A DNA stretch of 64,000 nucleotides from an uncultured Caldithrix sp. (lineage in GTDB: Bacteria > Calditrichota > Calditrichia > RBG-13-44-9), in NCBI GenBank assembly GCA_964461135.1, contig CAYWTB010000001.1, forward strand, positions 8,082-72,081, read 5' to 3'. The position numbers and the translations under genes are program-made. The notes under the pieces were generated by a model, which was not told where the DNA came from, did not search any database, and saw only the letters and a program-made list of their open reading frames with translations. This document shows positions 50,315-60,829 of the stretch, one piece after another. The first letter of the stretch is position 1. Each line of letters opens with the position of its first letter.

Positions 50315-52432
50315 ATGAATCTGGACGGATTCCTTTATCCTTCTTCCATTGCTATTATCGGGGCATCCCGCAGAGAAGGAAGCCTGGGTCGTGTATTTTT
50401 TGATAAATTAGTGAATTACGGATATACCGGCAAGATATGGCCGGTAAATCCTCAGGCAGCCGATATAAATGGAATTCCCTGCTATCCCTCGATTGAGGAC
50501 CTTCCCGGAACACCTGATCTGGGTGTTATAATGGTTAGAAAAGACCTGGCAGTTGAAGCAGCAGAGTTGTGCGGAAAAAAAGGTATCAGGAATATTATCA
50601 TGATCACGGCGGGATTTCGCGAGGTTGGGGGAGAGGGAATAAAACGGGAGAAGGAACTCATGAAGGTCGTCAGGAGATTCGGCATGAAGCTGGTCGGTCC
50701 GAATTGTATGGGTATAATCAATACCGATCCGCAAGTCAGCATGAATGCCAGCTTTTCTCCAATCGATCCTTTCCGGGGGAATGTGGCATTTCTTTCTCAG
50801 TCCGGGGCACTGGGCGTGGCGGTGCTGGAGATGAGCAAATCTCTGCGCCTTGGATTTTCCGTATTCATCAGTGAAGGAAACAAGGCAGACCTGGTGGATC
50901 ATCATTTTCTTGACTATCTGGCCACCCATAACAACACTCGGGTTATCACTCTTTACATGGAAAGTATTGAAGATACGGCCAAATTTCGTAAGAGTGCTTC
51001 CCGCCTGGGCAGACAGAAACCTGTTATTGCGTTGAAGGCTGGTACCAGCGAGGGGGGTGCGAAAGCGGCTTCCTCCCACACTGGAGCTCTCGCCAGCCCG
51101 GCCCGGGCAACCAGTGCCTTATTCAAGCAGTGTGGTATTATCCGGGCAGAAACCGTGGAGGATATGTTTAATTTCGCACTGGCATTTTCGAATCAGCCCA
51201 CGCCAGGAGGAAACCGGGTGGCCATTATCACCAATGCCGGAGGGCCTGCCATTCTGGCCACCGATGCCGTGGAAAAATTCGACCTTAAAATGGCGTCATT
51301 ATCAGACAAAACAAAAAATCAGCTTCAGACCTTTCTGCCGGAAGAAGCATCTGTAGATAATCCGGTGGATATGATTGCCAGTGCTAATGAAAAAACCTAT
51401 CAGAAAACTCTGGTAACAATTCTGAAAGATCCCGGCGTGGATGCGGTATTTGTCATCATTGTAAGACCACCGGTAAACACCACCCCCCAAATGATTGCCC
51501 GGGAATTCGGGGAGGTATTATCCGGGGAACGGCCCGGAAAACCCGTCTTCATCGTCCTGATGGCAGAAAAAGATGAAAATTGCGGTCTGACGTTATTCCA
51601 GGAACTCAGGCTCCCTGTATATGCCTATCCCGAAGCTGCTGTCAACAGTTTAGCCGCCATGCTCCATTATGAGCAATGGCGCAAAAAATCCCTAGGCAGG
51701 ATTATCAAGATCAATGCGGACCGTGCTGGCTTGAAGCATATCTTTGAAGCCGCACGGGCAGAGAAAAGGGAATATCTTGCCATTCAGGAGGTGCTGAATA
51801 TTCTGTATGCTTACGGATTTCCCATGGCGAAGGGAAAAGTGATTCAATCTACCGCCGAAGCGGTGACATTTTTGCGGGAAGTCTCCGGGCCGGTTGCCAT
51901 GAAAATAGAATCTGAGGATATAATCCATAAATCAGACAGTGGTTGTGTACAGATAAATCTGCAAGAACCAGAACAAATAGCCGCAGCATATGATAAAATC
52001 ATGGAAAATGCGTTACGCGTAACCACTCCTGACAGGATTTCCGGGATGTTTGTACAGGAAATGATTATCGGCGAACATGAATTAGCCCTTGGCATGAAAA
52101 GGGATTCCAACTACGGACCCATAATTATGTTCGGAATGGGGGGTATTTTCATCGAAATTTTTAATGATACCAGCTTCAGGATCGCTCCCCTTACCGATAA
52201 AGATGCGCGGGAAATGATACAGGACATCAGAGGATTTTCGGTGCTAAAAGGATTCCGGGGACAATCCGGTGCTAATCTTGAGATTATTGAGGAGGCTCTG
52301 CTCAAATTATCACAGCTGGCTTTGGACTTTCCACAAATTTTTGAACTGGACCTTAATCCCTTTATTGTTGCGCCTGATAGAAAAAATTGTAAAATTGTAG
52401 ATGCAAGAATGAGGATTAATTTAAAAAAGTAG
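50315..52432 (+). CDS. ADP-forming acyl-CoA synthetase (fused alpha/beta; CoA-binding plus ATP-grasp)
   Basis: SIAIIGASRREGSLGRVF CoA-binding N-terminus, succinyl-CoA-synthetase-like domains, C-terminal ATP-grasp. 705 aa. Confidence 0.85.
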   Translation: MNLDGFLYPSSIAIIGASRREGSLGRVFFDKLVNYGYTGKIWPVNPQAADINGIPCYPSIEDLPGTPDLGVIMVRKDLAVEAAELCGKKGIRNIIMITAGFREVGGEGIKREKELMKVVRRFGMKLVGPNCMGIINTDPQVSMNASFSPIDPFRGNVAFLSQSGALGVAVLEMSKSLRLGFSVFISEGNKADLVDHHFLDYLATHNNTRVITLYMESIEDTAKFRKSASRLGRQKPVIALKAGTSEGGAKAASSHTGALASPARATSALFKQCGIIRAETVEDMFNFALAFSNQPTPGGNRVAIITNAGGPAILATDAVEKFDLKMASLSDKTKNQLQTFLPEEASVDNPVDMIASANEKTYQKTLVTILKDPGVDAVFVIIVRPPVNTTPQMIAREFGEVLSGERPGKPVFIVLMAEKDENCGLTLFQELRLPVYAYPEAAVNSLAAMLHYEQWRKKSLGRIIKINADRAGLKHIFEAARAEKREYLAIQEVLNILYAYGFPMAKGKVIQSTAEAVTFLREVSGPVAMKIESEDIIHKSDSGCVQINLQEPEQIAAAYDKIMENALRVTTPDRISGMFVQEMIIGEHELALGMKRDSNYGPIIMFGMGGIFIEIFNDTSFRIAPLTDKDAREMIQDIRGFSVLKGFRGQSGANLEIIEEALLKLSQLALDFPQIFELDLNPFIVAPDRKNCKIVDARMRINLKK

Positions 52433-52436
52433 AATA

Positions 52437-54698
52437 ATGTTTAAAATCTTTTTTTATCCATACAGAATTGCCTGTCTAGTCTTTTTCATATTGTTCAGCT
52501 CCCCTTTCTCAGGAAAAAGTCAGAACTATCTCTGGCCGACAGATGCCAGTAAATTGTTAACCAGCAGCTTTTGTGAATTTCGTCCGCGTCACTATCATGC
52601 GGCAATCGATATTAAGACCTGGAACCGCACAGGTTATCGCATATATGCCATTGAAGATGGGTATATTATGCGCGCACGGATATCCGCTTTCGGTTACGGA
52701 AAGGCTGTTTATCTCAAATTGAAAGACGGTAACATTGTAATCTATGCACATCTCAACAGGTTCTGGCCGGAACTGGAAAACTACCTGGATAACATCCGGC
52801 GAAAAAATAAAACTTACCAGCTTGATTTACAATTTCCCGGCACACAATTCCCGGTAAAACAGGGACAAGTATTGGGATATACCGGAAAAACAGGTATTGG
52901 TTATCCTCACCTTCATTTTGAAATCCGAAATTCCCGTAATATGCCCATTAATCCGCTTCAGTTTTATCCCGGCCAGGTTAAAGACAATATCCCTCCGGGT
53001 TTATATGACGTCGCACTTTTTCCCATGGATTACCAGTCCCTTATCAACCAGCACTGCGATACTCTCTTTCACTCCCTCACGGGACATACTTTTACATTGC
53101 CTGATACACCTGTGGTTTCAGGCAGGATTGGTGTGGCCGTAAAATCATACGACCAGGCGGAAGGTGCCGGAAACCAGTATTCTTTCTATCAGGCTCACAT
53201 GTGGATCGATGACTCCCTGGTGTATTCAGTGAAATATGACCGTTTCTCTTACGCCCGATCAGATAAAGTGGAACTGGATAAAAATTTTTCCCTGTGGCGA
53301 AAAGGCGACGGTATCTTCCATAATTTTTTCCTGCATCCGGAAAATCACCTGCCCCACTATGAGGATACCCCGGCGAATGGCGGGATACTCAACAGTGATT
53401 TGTTAAGAGAGGGAATTCATCATTTGAAGATCGAACTGGATGATTACTCCGGAAATCAGGCCCTGTTTGAAATGAACTTCCGCTCCGGGAATATGCTCAA
53501 ACTGAATTATGACCTGTTCAGGTGGCTCGATGAAGATCTGTATCTTCGCGTGGAAACAACTGAAAATCTCGACACCCTGTTCATTGAGAGTACGGGAGAC
53601 GGAAAAAACTGGACACAAGAACCTGTACGGCGTGGTATCGCTGCCTCAAATCATGATGGGATCTATCAGTATACCTTTTCGGTGTCTCCCGGGGCTACGG
53701 AGGCAAAGTGGTTGAAAATCCTGGGTAAAAGATCTTGCGGAATTCCCACTCTCCCGCTTTTCCTTCCCCTTTCGAAGGAAGCGCAATCACGGCAGGAATC
53801 CCGCCTGATAGTACTTCACAGTATTCAGTTAAAAAAAGACTGGCTTGAGTTTGTATTTGATCTGAACTTCGCTCAGCCGTTGAAGTTTTTTTCTCGACTG
53901 AAGGAAGAAATTCCCCAGATATTCTGGTTTCCGCGCGGGGAGCGGACATTTCAGATTAACTGGCCTATTGAAGTTGCTTTGTCCCAGCAGTTGGTTCTGG
54001 AAAAACTGTTCCAGCTGGATCTCCAGAATAATGCTTTCATTCGGAAGAGTCAGGAAACCACAATCTCCTCTGATGATGGTTTTTTCAAAGCATTTTTTCC
54101 GGAAAATGCCTTTTATGATGATATGGCTGTCAGTGTCAGAACCGAACAGCATATCCCCGAGGAAATAGCAGTACCACCTCCCTATCAGGAGGTGGGGAGT
54201 ATTTATGAAATGCAGCCTTTTGACCAGCCCGTGAATGAAGGTGTATGGATAACACTTATACCGTCCGTTGAAGCACCTTCGGCAGAGGGAACAGGCTTAT
54301 ATTACTGGGATAATAAAAAAGGATGGCTGTTTATACCCACCCATAATCGTGACGGAGAAGGGGCATATTCTGCACGGGTAACCAGCCTTGAAAAATTCAT
54401 CCTCATCCGGGATACCATACCTCCTGTTATGCTACCTTTACAGCAGATTACGGGGAATGTCATTAACAGTCAAAATGGATTTCTTTCTTTTCAGATAAAG
54501 GATGAAATGTCCGGAATACAAAAAGAATCACAAATTAATGCATACATAAACGGAGAATGGCAGCTGTTCGAGTTTGATCCGGAGGAGGATCAGCTTACCA
54601 TCAGATTACCTGAAAAATCCGTCACACCGGCTGCACTGTTAATCACAGCGGAAGATAATGTGGGAAATTCTGTTACAAAAGAATACATGATAAAGTAA
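52437..54698 (+). CDS. M23-family metallopeptidase with a large (about 570 aa) C-terminal region of unknown function
   Basis: HYHAAID (HxxxD) and GYPHLHFE (HxH) M23 motifs near the N-terminus. Signal peptide. Starts 5 nt after the ACD stop. Confidence 0.7.
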   Translation: MFKIFFYPYRIACLVFFILFSSPFSGKSQNYLWPTDASKLLTSSFCEFRPRHYHAAIDIKTWNRTGYRIYAIEDGYIMRARISAFGYGKAVYLKLKDGNIVIYAHLNRFWPELENYLDNIRRKNKTYQLDLQFPGTQFPVKQGQVLGYTGKTGIGYPHLHFEIRNSRNMPINPLQFYPGQVKDNIPPGLYDVALFPMDYQSLINQHCDTLFHSLTGHTFTLPDTPVVSGRIGVAVKSYDQAEGAGNQYSFYQAHMWIDDSLVYSVKYDRFSYARSDKVELDKNFSLWRKGDGIFHNFFLHPENHLPHYEDTPANGGILNSDLLREGIHHLKIELDDYSGNQALFEMNFRSGNMLKLNYDLFRWLDEDLYLRVETTENLDTLFIESTGDGKNWTQEPVRRGIAASNHDGIYQYTFSVSPGATEAKWLKILGKRSCGIPTLPLFLPLSKEAQSRQESRLIVLHSIQLKKDWLEFVFDLNFAQPLKFFSRLKEEIPQIFWFPRGERTFQINWPIEVALSQQLVLEKLFQLDLQNNAFIRKSQETTISSDDGFFKAFFPENAFYDDMAVSVRTEQHIPEEIAVPPPYQEVGSIYEMQPFDQPVNEGVWITLIPSVEAPSAEGTGLYYWDNKKGWLFIPTHNRDGEGAYSARVTSLEKFILIRDTIPPVMLPLQQITGNVINSQNGFLSFQIKDEMSGIQKESQINAYINGEWQLFEFDPEEDQLTIRLPEKSVTPAALLITAEDNVGNSVTKEYMIK

Positions 54699-54866
54699 CT
54701 CTCTCTTATTATCCCCCATAATCGAATTAAAAAAACCTATTGTTATTCAATGTTTTATTCAAATCGAGAGGGAATCAAAAAGTCACTAATGAATCACCAT
54801 GTTAAACCGATAATTTTTATAATCTGAACGGTCCATAGTTAATAATTGAAAGTTACGAGTGTCTAA

Positions 54867-56948
54867 ATGCGTTTCATTAATATACTTCTGCTGGTTTCTT
54901 TGTTTTTCATATTTTCCCTGAATTGTACTATTGACAAACCGGTCCTTCCACGCTGGACAACCCATATTCTGGTACCATTGATTAAAGAAAAAATTGAATT
55001 TGCGGACAGGTTCGCCAATGACAGTACTATTGTTGTGAAAGGAGACAGCCTGTTTCTGGAGCTGTCCGGTGATTTTGATCCGGATACCCTTACATCCGCA
55101 GATCTGAATCTGCCGGGAGTAGATTCCACCACCAGTTTTTCACTGAAAAAAATTCAACTCGATTCACTGAATACTATCTCAACCGGGGAGATCAATGTTA
55201 CCGAACTGTTGCCTTTCCTGAGCATGCGGATAGGGCAGACCGTAACCGTTCCCGATACCACCATCGGATCCGACATCATCCTTAATGACTCCAGCGCCTT
55301 TAAATCCATGAAGGTGAAGAACGGAACCGTTACACTGACCATTTATAATAATCTTCCGATTACCATCGCTCCAACATCACCCTCCGGAAGCAGTATTGAT
55401 ATTGCAGTCTACAATGCGGCAACCGGGACGCATGTGACTGACATTTCCATAACCGATACCATACCACCGGGCGGCTCTGGCAGCGGGACGGGGCCCCTGG
55501 GATCCGGGGATGGCTGGATTCGCATCCCTTTGAGGCTGGATTACCAGATTCATTTATTGTCCGGTACAATATTTATTTCCCAGAGCGCCCTCGATTCCTG
55601 GAATTTTCAGGTGGATCTGTCCTTTAGAAACCTGGAAGTAGAAGAAATTACCGGGCGGGTTACCTCCCAGTCCTTTGACAATACCCTCCGTATCGGGGTG
55701 GAACAGGAAGACCAGGTGATTGAAGCGGTTATTGACAGCGGTTCAATTGAGCTGAAATTCTATAATCAGTTACCGATTGTTGCCCGGGTTACCTGCACAG
55801 TTCCTGACATCCGCAATGAAAATACCGGACTACCCCTGCAAAAAACACTAGAAATACAACCCAATGACAGCAGTATTCAAAATATTCAGAATTTGCATGG
55901 TTACCGAATTTACAACTCCCGGAATCACGGGCAGCCTATAGACACATTAACTATTATTACGCAAGCTTCATCTGATACCGGATATGTTACATTAAAAGAA
56001 ACCGATGAAATTGCCGTAAGAGTACAGGTGTCCAAAATCCTTTTCAGCTACCTGAAAGGGATTTTATCGCCGGACTCCCTGGCACTGGATCCTCTGGTAG
56101 TGAATGACATTGTGGATTACGATGGATTTAATCAGGGGTTTGAACTGAAAGGCGTTCAGCTAATTCTGGGGTTGCAGAACGGTTTAAATATAGAAAACCT
56201 CGTTTTAACCGGCAGAATTGCAGGCTACCGGAAAGATGCTGCCGGCCAGTATGTTGACTCTGCATTTGTGACCATCGATCCCGAGAGAATTATTTTTGGA
56301 AATAATTCCATTTTACTGAGCGGACCGGCGGTAGATGCACTGGTAAATCTCCTTCCCAATGATCTGAAGGCGGAAGCAAATCTTGCATACAGTGGGCAGG
56401 CAGAGGTGGCCGGCGGCGACCGCATTGCCGGAAATTATCTGTTTACTTCACCCTTCCAGGTCCGCATATCCCAGCCGACAAGCATTGAACTTGACCCCGA
56501 TACTTTAAGTGAAGTGGATCCGAATTTCCGGGAAGCTGCCCGCGAAAATATTCAGCAGGCACTGCTGAGCGCAACAGTATTAAATGCTGCTCCTCTGAAT
56601 GGACAATTTCAGCTGTTTGTCAGCCGGAACTTCACCCGAAAAGACCTTTATGATACCACCGGAAATTTTAACCCAAATCTGGAATTCATAAAAGAAATTG
56701 ACATACCCCCGGCCCAGGTGGATCCGGCGACTGGTTTTGTCATACAACCTGCCGAACAGGAATTCAGCTTTCCATTGAGTCAGGAAGAAATTGCTCTGTT
56801 CGGCCATCCACCTCTCCGCCTGGGATTACTTTTAAAACTGGATAATACCAACGGTTTTGTGGTTTTACGGGGAAGTGATTATGTGGAATTTTCCGGTAAT
56901 ATTATAACTGAACTGTTAATTAAAGACAATTCCTATGAGTACAAATGA
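54867..56948 (+). CDS. Large hypothetical secreted/lipoprotein (693 aa)
   Basis: Signal peptide with possible lipobox (FSLNC). Gly/Ser/Thr-rich segments. No recognisable domain. Confidence 0.45.
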   Translation: MRFINILLLVSLFFIFSLNCTIDKPVLPRWTTHILVPLIKEKIEFADRFANDSTIVVKGDSLFLELSGDFDPDTLTSADLNLPGVDSTTSFSLKKIQLDSLNTISTGEINVTELLPFLSMRIGQTVTVPDTTIGSDIILNDSSAFKSMKVKNGTVTLTIYNNLPITIAPTSPSGSSIDIAVYNAATGTHVTDISITDTIPPGGSGSGTGPLGSGDGWIRIPLRLDYQIHLLSGTIFISQSALDSWNFQVDLSFRNLEVEEITGRVTSQSFDNTLRIGVEQEDQVIEAVIDSGSIELKFYNQLPIVARVTCTVPDIRNENTGLPLQKTLEIQPNDSSIQNIQNLHGYRIYNSRNHGQPIDTLTIITQASSDTGYVTLKETDEIAVRVQVSKILFSYLKGILSPDSLALDPLVVNDIVDYDGFNQGFELKGVQLILGLQNGLNIENLVLTGRIAGYRKDAAGQYVDSAFVTIDPERIIFGNNSILLSGPAVDALVNLLPNDLKAEANLAYSGQAEVAGGDRIAGNYLFTSPFQVRISQPTSIELDPDTLSEVDPNFREAARENIQQALLSATVLNAAPLNGQFQLFVSRNFTRKDLYDTTGNFNPNLEFIKEIDIPPAQVDPATGFVIQPAEQEFSFPLSQEEIALFGHPPLRLGLLLKLDNTNGFVVLRGSDYVEFSGNIITELLIKDNSYEYK

Positions 56949-58210
56949 AAAAATATAATCTTATATCACTGCTATTATTGATTTTGATACCTGGATATCT
57001 TGTATTTGGTCAGGATATTTATAACGCCCGCAGTCTGGGCATGGCGGGAAGTAATGTAGCCATTACAGAAGCCAATGAGTATATAGGGAATAATCCGGCC
57101 GTTCTTGCTCTCAAAAACAGCTTTAATTTCGAGCTTCAACTGGCTTCGGCACATATTATGCTCCATAATAACAGTTACTCATTAACCGAATATGACAAAT
57201 ATTTTACCACCGGAGACTCTCTTACCCAGACGGATATAAATAATATTTTCTCCAAAATTCCCGATAAAGGATGGCGGGGGGATTTTATGCTGGGAGCCCG
57301 GGCATTATCCATTTATTCCCGACCCTTCAGCCTGACGGTGGGAGGTGGAGGCAACGGCTATCTGAATTTCCCCAAGGACCCTCTCAAATTCCCTTTTTAT
57401 GGTAACGCCACAGGCGAGGTATATAAAATTGATGACCTGGAAAGCGAAGCCTGGGCTGGAGGTTCGGTCGATTTTGGCTTCGCTCTTCCGATAACTCAGT
57501 GGACACCCGCTGAATTCGATTTCTTTTCCGTGGGCATCACTGCAAAATATATTGTGGGTGTGGAATATTTTAATATAGAACATTCGGAAGGCACGGTTAT
57601 AACCACAAGTGACTATCTACTGGCCGATGCCCGGGTGGAGAGCCGCAGAAGTGAGGGAGGGAGAGGTTTCGGAATCGATGTAGGTATCCTGGGAATCTAT
57701 GAAAAAAAATGGAACATATCATTTCACCTGACAAATGTGCTGGGAAATATCAGCTGGAACCGTAACAACGAAATGAATATTTTTTATTATAAATCTGATT
57801 CTCTATTTAAACTGAATGATATCGGAGATCTTTCTCAGGCGGATATGGACACAACTTTTTCCATCACTAAATTCCATACAGCATTACCCCGCAAGGCAAC
57901 TTTTGCCGTGGGTTACCTGTATGCACCCAACCTGGTTTTCACTGCCGCATACAAACAGGGATTGAATGAGGCATATGGCAACAGTATTGTTCCCCTGCTG
58001 TCGGCAGGAACAGAATATTCACCCCTGCCTTATCTTCCCCTGAGAGCGGGCATAGCGGTGGGTGGCAAATATGGATTTGCCCTGGGTCTGGGACTGGGGT
58101 TGGATCTCAAGTACTGGCAATTGAATCTGGGTTATCTCAATCACAACTTCCGCTGGTTCCGGGGCGCAAGGAGTATTGATTTAGCCCTCACAACCCAACT
58201 CCGATTTTAA
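56945..58210 (+). CDS. Outer-membrane beta-barrel protein, FadL/PorV-like
   Basis: Signal peptide. N-terminal A..A....NPA motif, C-terminal aromatic (…QLRF), alternating amphipathic pattern. 4-nt overlap with the upstream gene. Confidence 0.45.
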   Translation: MKKYNLISLLLLILIPGYLVFGQDIYNARSLGMAGSNVAITEANEYIGNNPAVLALKNSFNFELQLASAHIMLHNNSYSLTEYDKYFTTGDSLTQTDINNIFSKIPDKGWRGDFMLGARALSIYSRPFSLTVGGGGNGYLNFPKDPLKFPFYGNATGEVYKIDDLESEAWAGGSVDFGFALPITQWTPAEFDFFSVGITAKYIVGVEYFNIEHSEGTVITTSDYLLADARVESRRSEGGRGFGIDVGILGIYEKKWNISFHLTNVLGNISWNRNNEMNIFYYKSDSLFKLNDIGDLSQADMDTTFSITKFHTALPRKATFAVGYLYAPNLVFTAAYKQGLNEAYGNSIVPLLSAGTEYSPLPYLPLRAGIAVGGKYGFALGLGLGLDLKYWQLNLGYLNHNFRWFRGARSIDLALTTQLRF

Positions 58211-58305
58211 TATCATTTCCCGTGAATTCACATCAATAAAGACCAGCTGACAGTTCTCCCCGCCGGCCTTATCTTTAATGCTCAGGAAGGTAAGATTGTC
58301 TGATT

Positions 58306-59511
58306 TTACCCAACTTCTCTTCTGCCGGGATAAACCTTTAACGCTTCCCGCAGAATTTGCATGGAACGTCTCATGGATTCCACATTCAGAACGAAGGCTA
58401 TTCTCACTTCATCCATACCTTTTCCGGGTGTTGCATAAAATCCATTTGCCGGAGCCAGCATGATAGTTTCCCTGTCAAGATTAAAATCTTTAAGAAGCCA
58501 GACCGAAAATTTATCCGCATCATCCACCGGCAGTTTTACAATAGTATAAAACGCCCCCTGCGGTTTCAGTGCAATCACACCGGGAATATCAGAAAGTTCC
58601 TCAAAAACCGCATCCCGCCGGGCTCGGTACTCCTGCACTACCTCATCAAAATACGAAGCCGGAGTATTTACTGCAGCCTTGGCTGCAATCTGTTCCATGG
58701 TAGGTGGACAAAGGCGAGCCTGCCCCAGCCTGAGACCGGCATCCAGTATCTTTTTGTTATGCGTTACCAGACAACCGATCCGCGCCCCGCATACGCTGTA
58801 TCTTTTGGAGATACTATCCAGTAATATCGCACGATCTTCAATTTCCGCCAGGTGCATCACAGAGGTATAAATGGCATCATCATAAATGAACTCCCGATAC
58901 ACTTCGTCGGAAAATAAAAAAAGATCATAATCCCTCACCAGATTCTTCAGGTCCAGCATTTCCTGCTTGGTATACACATAGCCAGTTGGATTATTGGGTG
59001 TGCATATCATAATGGCTTTGGTACGGGGACTCATTTTGTGTTCTATCTCTGAAGTAGGAGGCAATTTAAAACCATTCTCGATGCGACTGGTAACCGGTAT
59101 TATCTTAACTCCGGCTTCCCGTGCAAAACCATTGTAGTTGGTATAAAATGGCTCAGGTATGATGATTTCATCTCCCGGGTCCATGGTAGTCATCATGGCA
59201 AAGATAATCGCTTCACTGCCCCCATTCGTTACCAGAATTTCATCGCTGGCCACATGAATATCAAAGCGGGTATAATATTTTACCAGTTCCTCCCGGTAAT
59301 CCCACAAGCCGGCAGAATGACCATAGGGCAGAATGTCAAGTGTATGATTCCGGAAAGCATCGAGAAAAGCCCGGGGCGAATGGATGTCCGGTTGACCGAT
59401 ATTAATATTATAGACATGAATCCCCATCCGGTTTGCTTCCTCCGCAAACGGTACCAGTTTGCGAATGGGAGAGGAGGGCATCAGGTGCGCACGTTCTGAT
59501 AAATCAGGCAT
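58306..59511 (-). CDS. Class I/II PLP-dependent aminotransferase (aspartate/aromatic type)
   Basis: 401 aa. SPIRKL N-terminal motif. SxSKxxxxxGxR-type Lys region (SISKRYSVCGARIG). Confidence 0.8.
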   Translation of the reverse strand: MPDLSERAHLMPSSPIRKLVPFAEEANRMGIHVYNINIGQPDIHSPRAFLDAFRNHTLDILPYGHSAGLWDYREELVKYYTRFDIHVASDEILVTNGGSEAIIFAMMTTMDPGDEIIIPEPFYTNYNGFAREAGVKIIPVTSRIENGFKLPPTSEIEHKMSPRTKAIMICTPNNPTGYVYTKQEMLDLKNLVRDYDLFLFSDEVYREFIYDDAIYTSVMHLAEIEDRAILLDSISKRYSVCGARIGCLVTHNKKILDAGLRLGQARLCPPTMEQIAAKAAVNTPASYFDEVVQEYRARRDAVFEELSDIPGVIALKPQGAFYTIVKLPVDDADKFSVWLLKDFNLDRETIMLAPANGFYATPGKGMDEVRIAFVLNVESMRRSMQILREALKVYPGRREVG

Positions 59512-59530
59512 TCCATTCTCCTTATTTGCT

Positions 59531-60568
59531 TTAATACTTCGACATGCCGTTTAGTTCTACCGGTTCCAGATATCTCTTTACTTCCTCAGGGCTGGCATAC
59601 ACATAGCTTAACCACTGATTATATTGAGGGTCTTTTCCCCGGACAACATCCGAATATTTGGCCGAAAGCTGCCGAGTGATTTTGCCGGGCCGGCCATTAC
59701 CCATTTTATATTCCTTCCACTGGGAAGGATTCTTGTTCTGATCCCGGCCATCAGTTACGCAACAGATAGGGGTAACTTCCGCCGCCGTACCGGTAAAAAA
59801 CAGTTCATCGGCATTCAGAAATTCATCCAGAGTAACAGGCCCTATGGTAACATCATAACCCAGGTCTCGGGCCAGTTCCATTATGGTCCGACTGGTAATC
59901 CCCGGTAAAACAGATTCTGTTTCATCATTCGTTTTCAGTTTATTATTTTTCACGGCGATGATATTTTCTCCCGGTCCCTCAGCCACACGTCCTTCCAGAT
60001 TCAGAAAAATCGCCTCATCATATCCCAAGGAGCGGGCATAACTTCCGGCGATATTGGACTGGGCATACATTCCACCGATCTTGGCTCTCATGTCGATCTG
60101 GGTGGGATGGATTCTCTTACTGGTAACAATAAGGGTGCGTACACCTTTTTCCTGGCTTTCTTCACCCAGATACGCACCCCAGGCCCAGCAACCAACGGTC
60201 AACTCAACTGGTGATGCCTTGGGGACCAGTCCCAGATTACCATATCCGAAAAACAGATTCGGCCTGATGTAAGCTGCTCTCAGACGGTTTTCCTTCATCA
60301 CCAGTTTTATGCTATCAATTATTTCTCCTTTGGTATATGGGGCTTTCATATTGAGAACCATTGCCGAAATAAAAAATCGATCGATATGATCTTTTAACCT
60401 GAAAACAGCCGGACCGGCTTCGGTGTCATAAGCACGGATTCCTTCAAAAACAGAGCTACCATAGTGCAGTGCATGGCTCATTACATGTATATTAGCAGTA
60501 TCCCAATCATACATTGTTCCCATGTGCCAGAATTTCTTTGCACCCGGAAAAAACTTGGTATCAAACAT
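59531..60568 (-). CDS. ilvE: Branched-chain amino acid aminotransferase (class IV)
   Basis: SSVFEGIRAY ... class IV fold. Start taken at the internal ATG preceded by GGAGGTG. Confidence 0.8.
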   Translation of the reverse strand: MFDTKFFPGAKKFWHMGTMYDWDTANIHVMSHALHYGSSVFEGIRAYDTEAGPAVFRLKDHIDRFFISAMVLNMKAPYTKGEIIDSIKLVMKENRLRAAYIRPNLFFGYGNLGLVPKASPVELTVGCWAWGAYLGEESQEKGVRTLIVTSKRIHPTQIDMRAKIGGMYAQSNIAGSYARSLGYDEAIFLNLEGRVAEGPGENIIAVKNNKLKTNDETESVLPGITSRTIMELARDLGYDVTIGPVTLDEFLNADELFFTGTAAEVTPICCVTDGRDQNKNPSQWKEYKMGNGRPGKITRQLSAKYSDVVRGKDPQYNQWLSYVYASPEEVKRYLEPVELNGMSKY

Positions 60569-60829
60569 TACCACCTCCGCCAGTTTTCTTAAATTCAAAA
60601 GATAAAAAAACCCGGCGTGCCAACCGGGTCCAGAAAAAATTATAGTCTTGGTAAAGTCAATAAATACAAGAATAACATTCTGCTTCCCTATTAAAATCAC
60701 ATAAAAATTTTACTTAGGGTGCCATATGAAGTCAAGACAAATAAAAATTTGTAGAGATGCTGAGCGTATGATTGGCACTCTGCCAATTTCTATTGAAGGT
60801 AAGGAAAATCTGGAAATTAAACCGATGCC

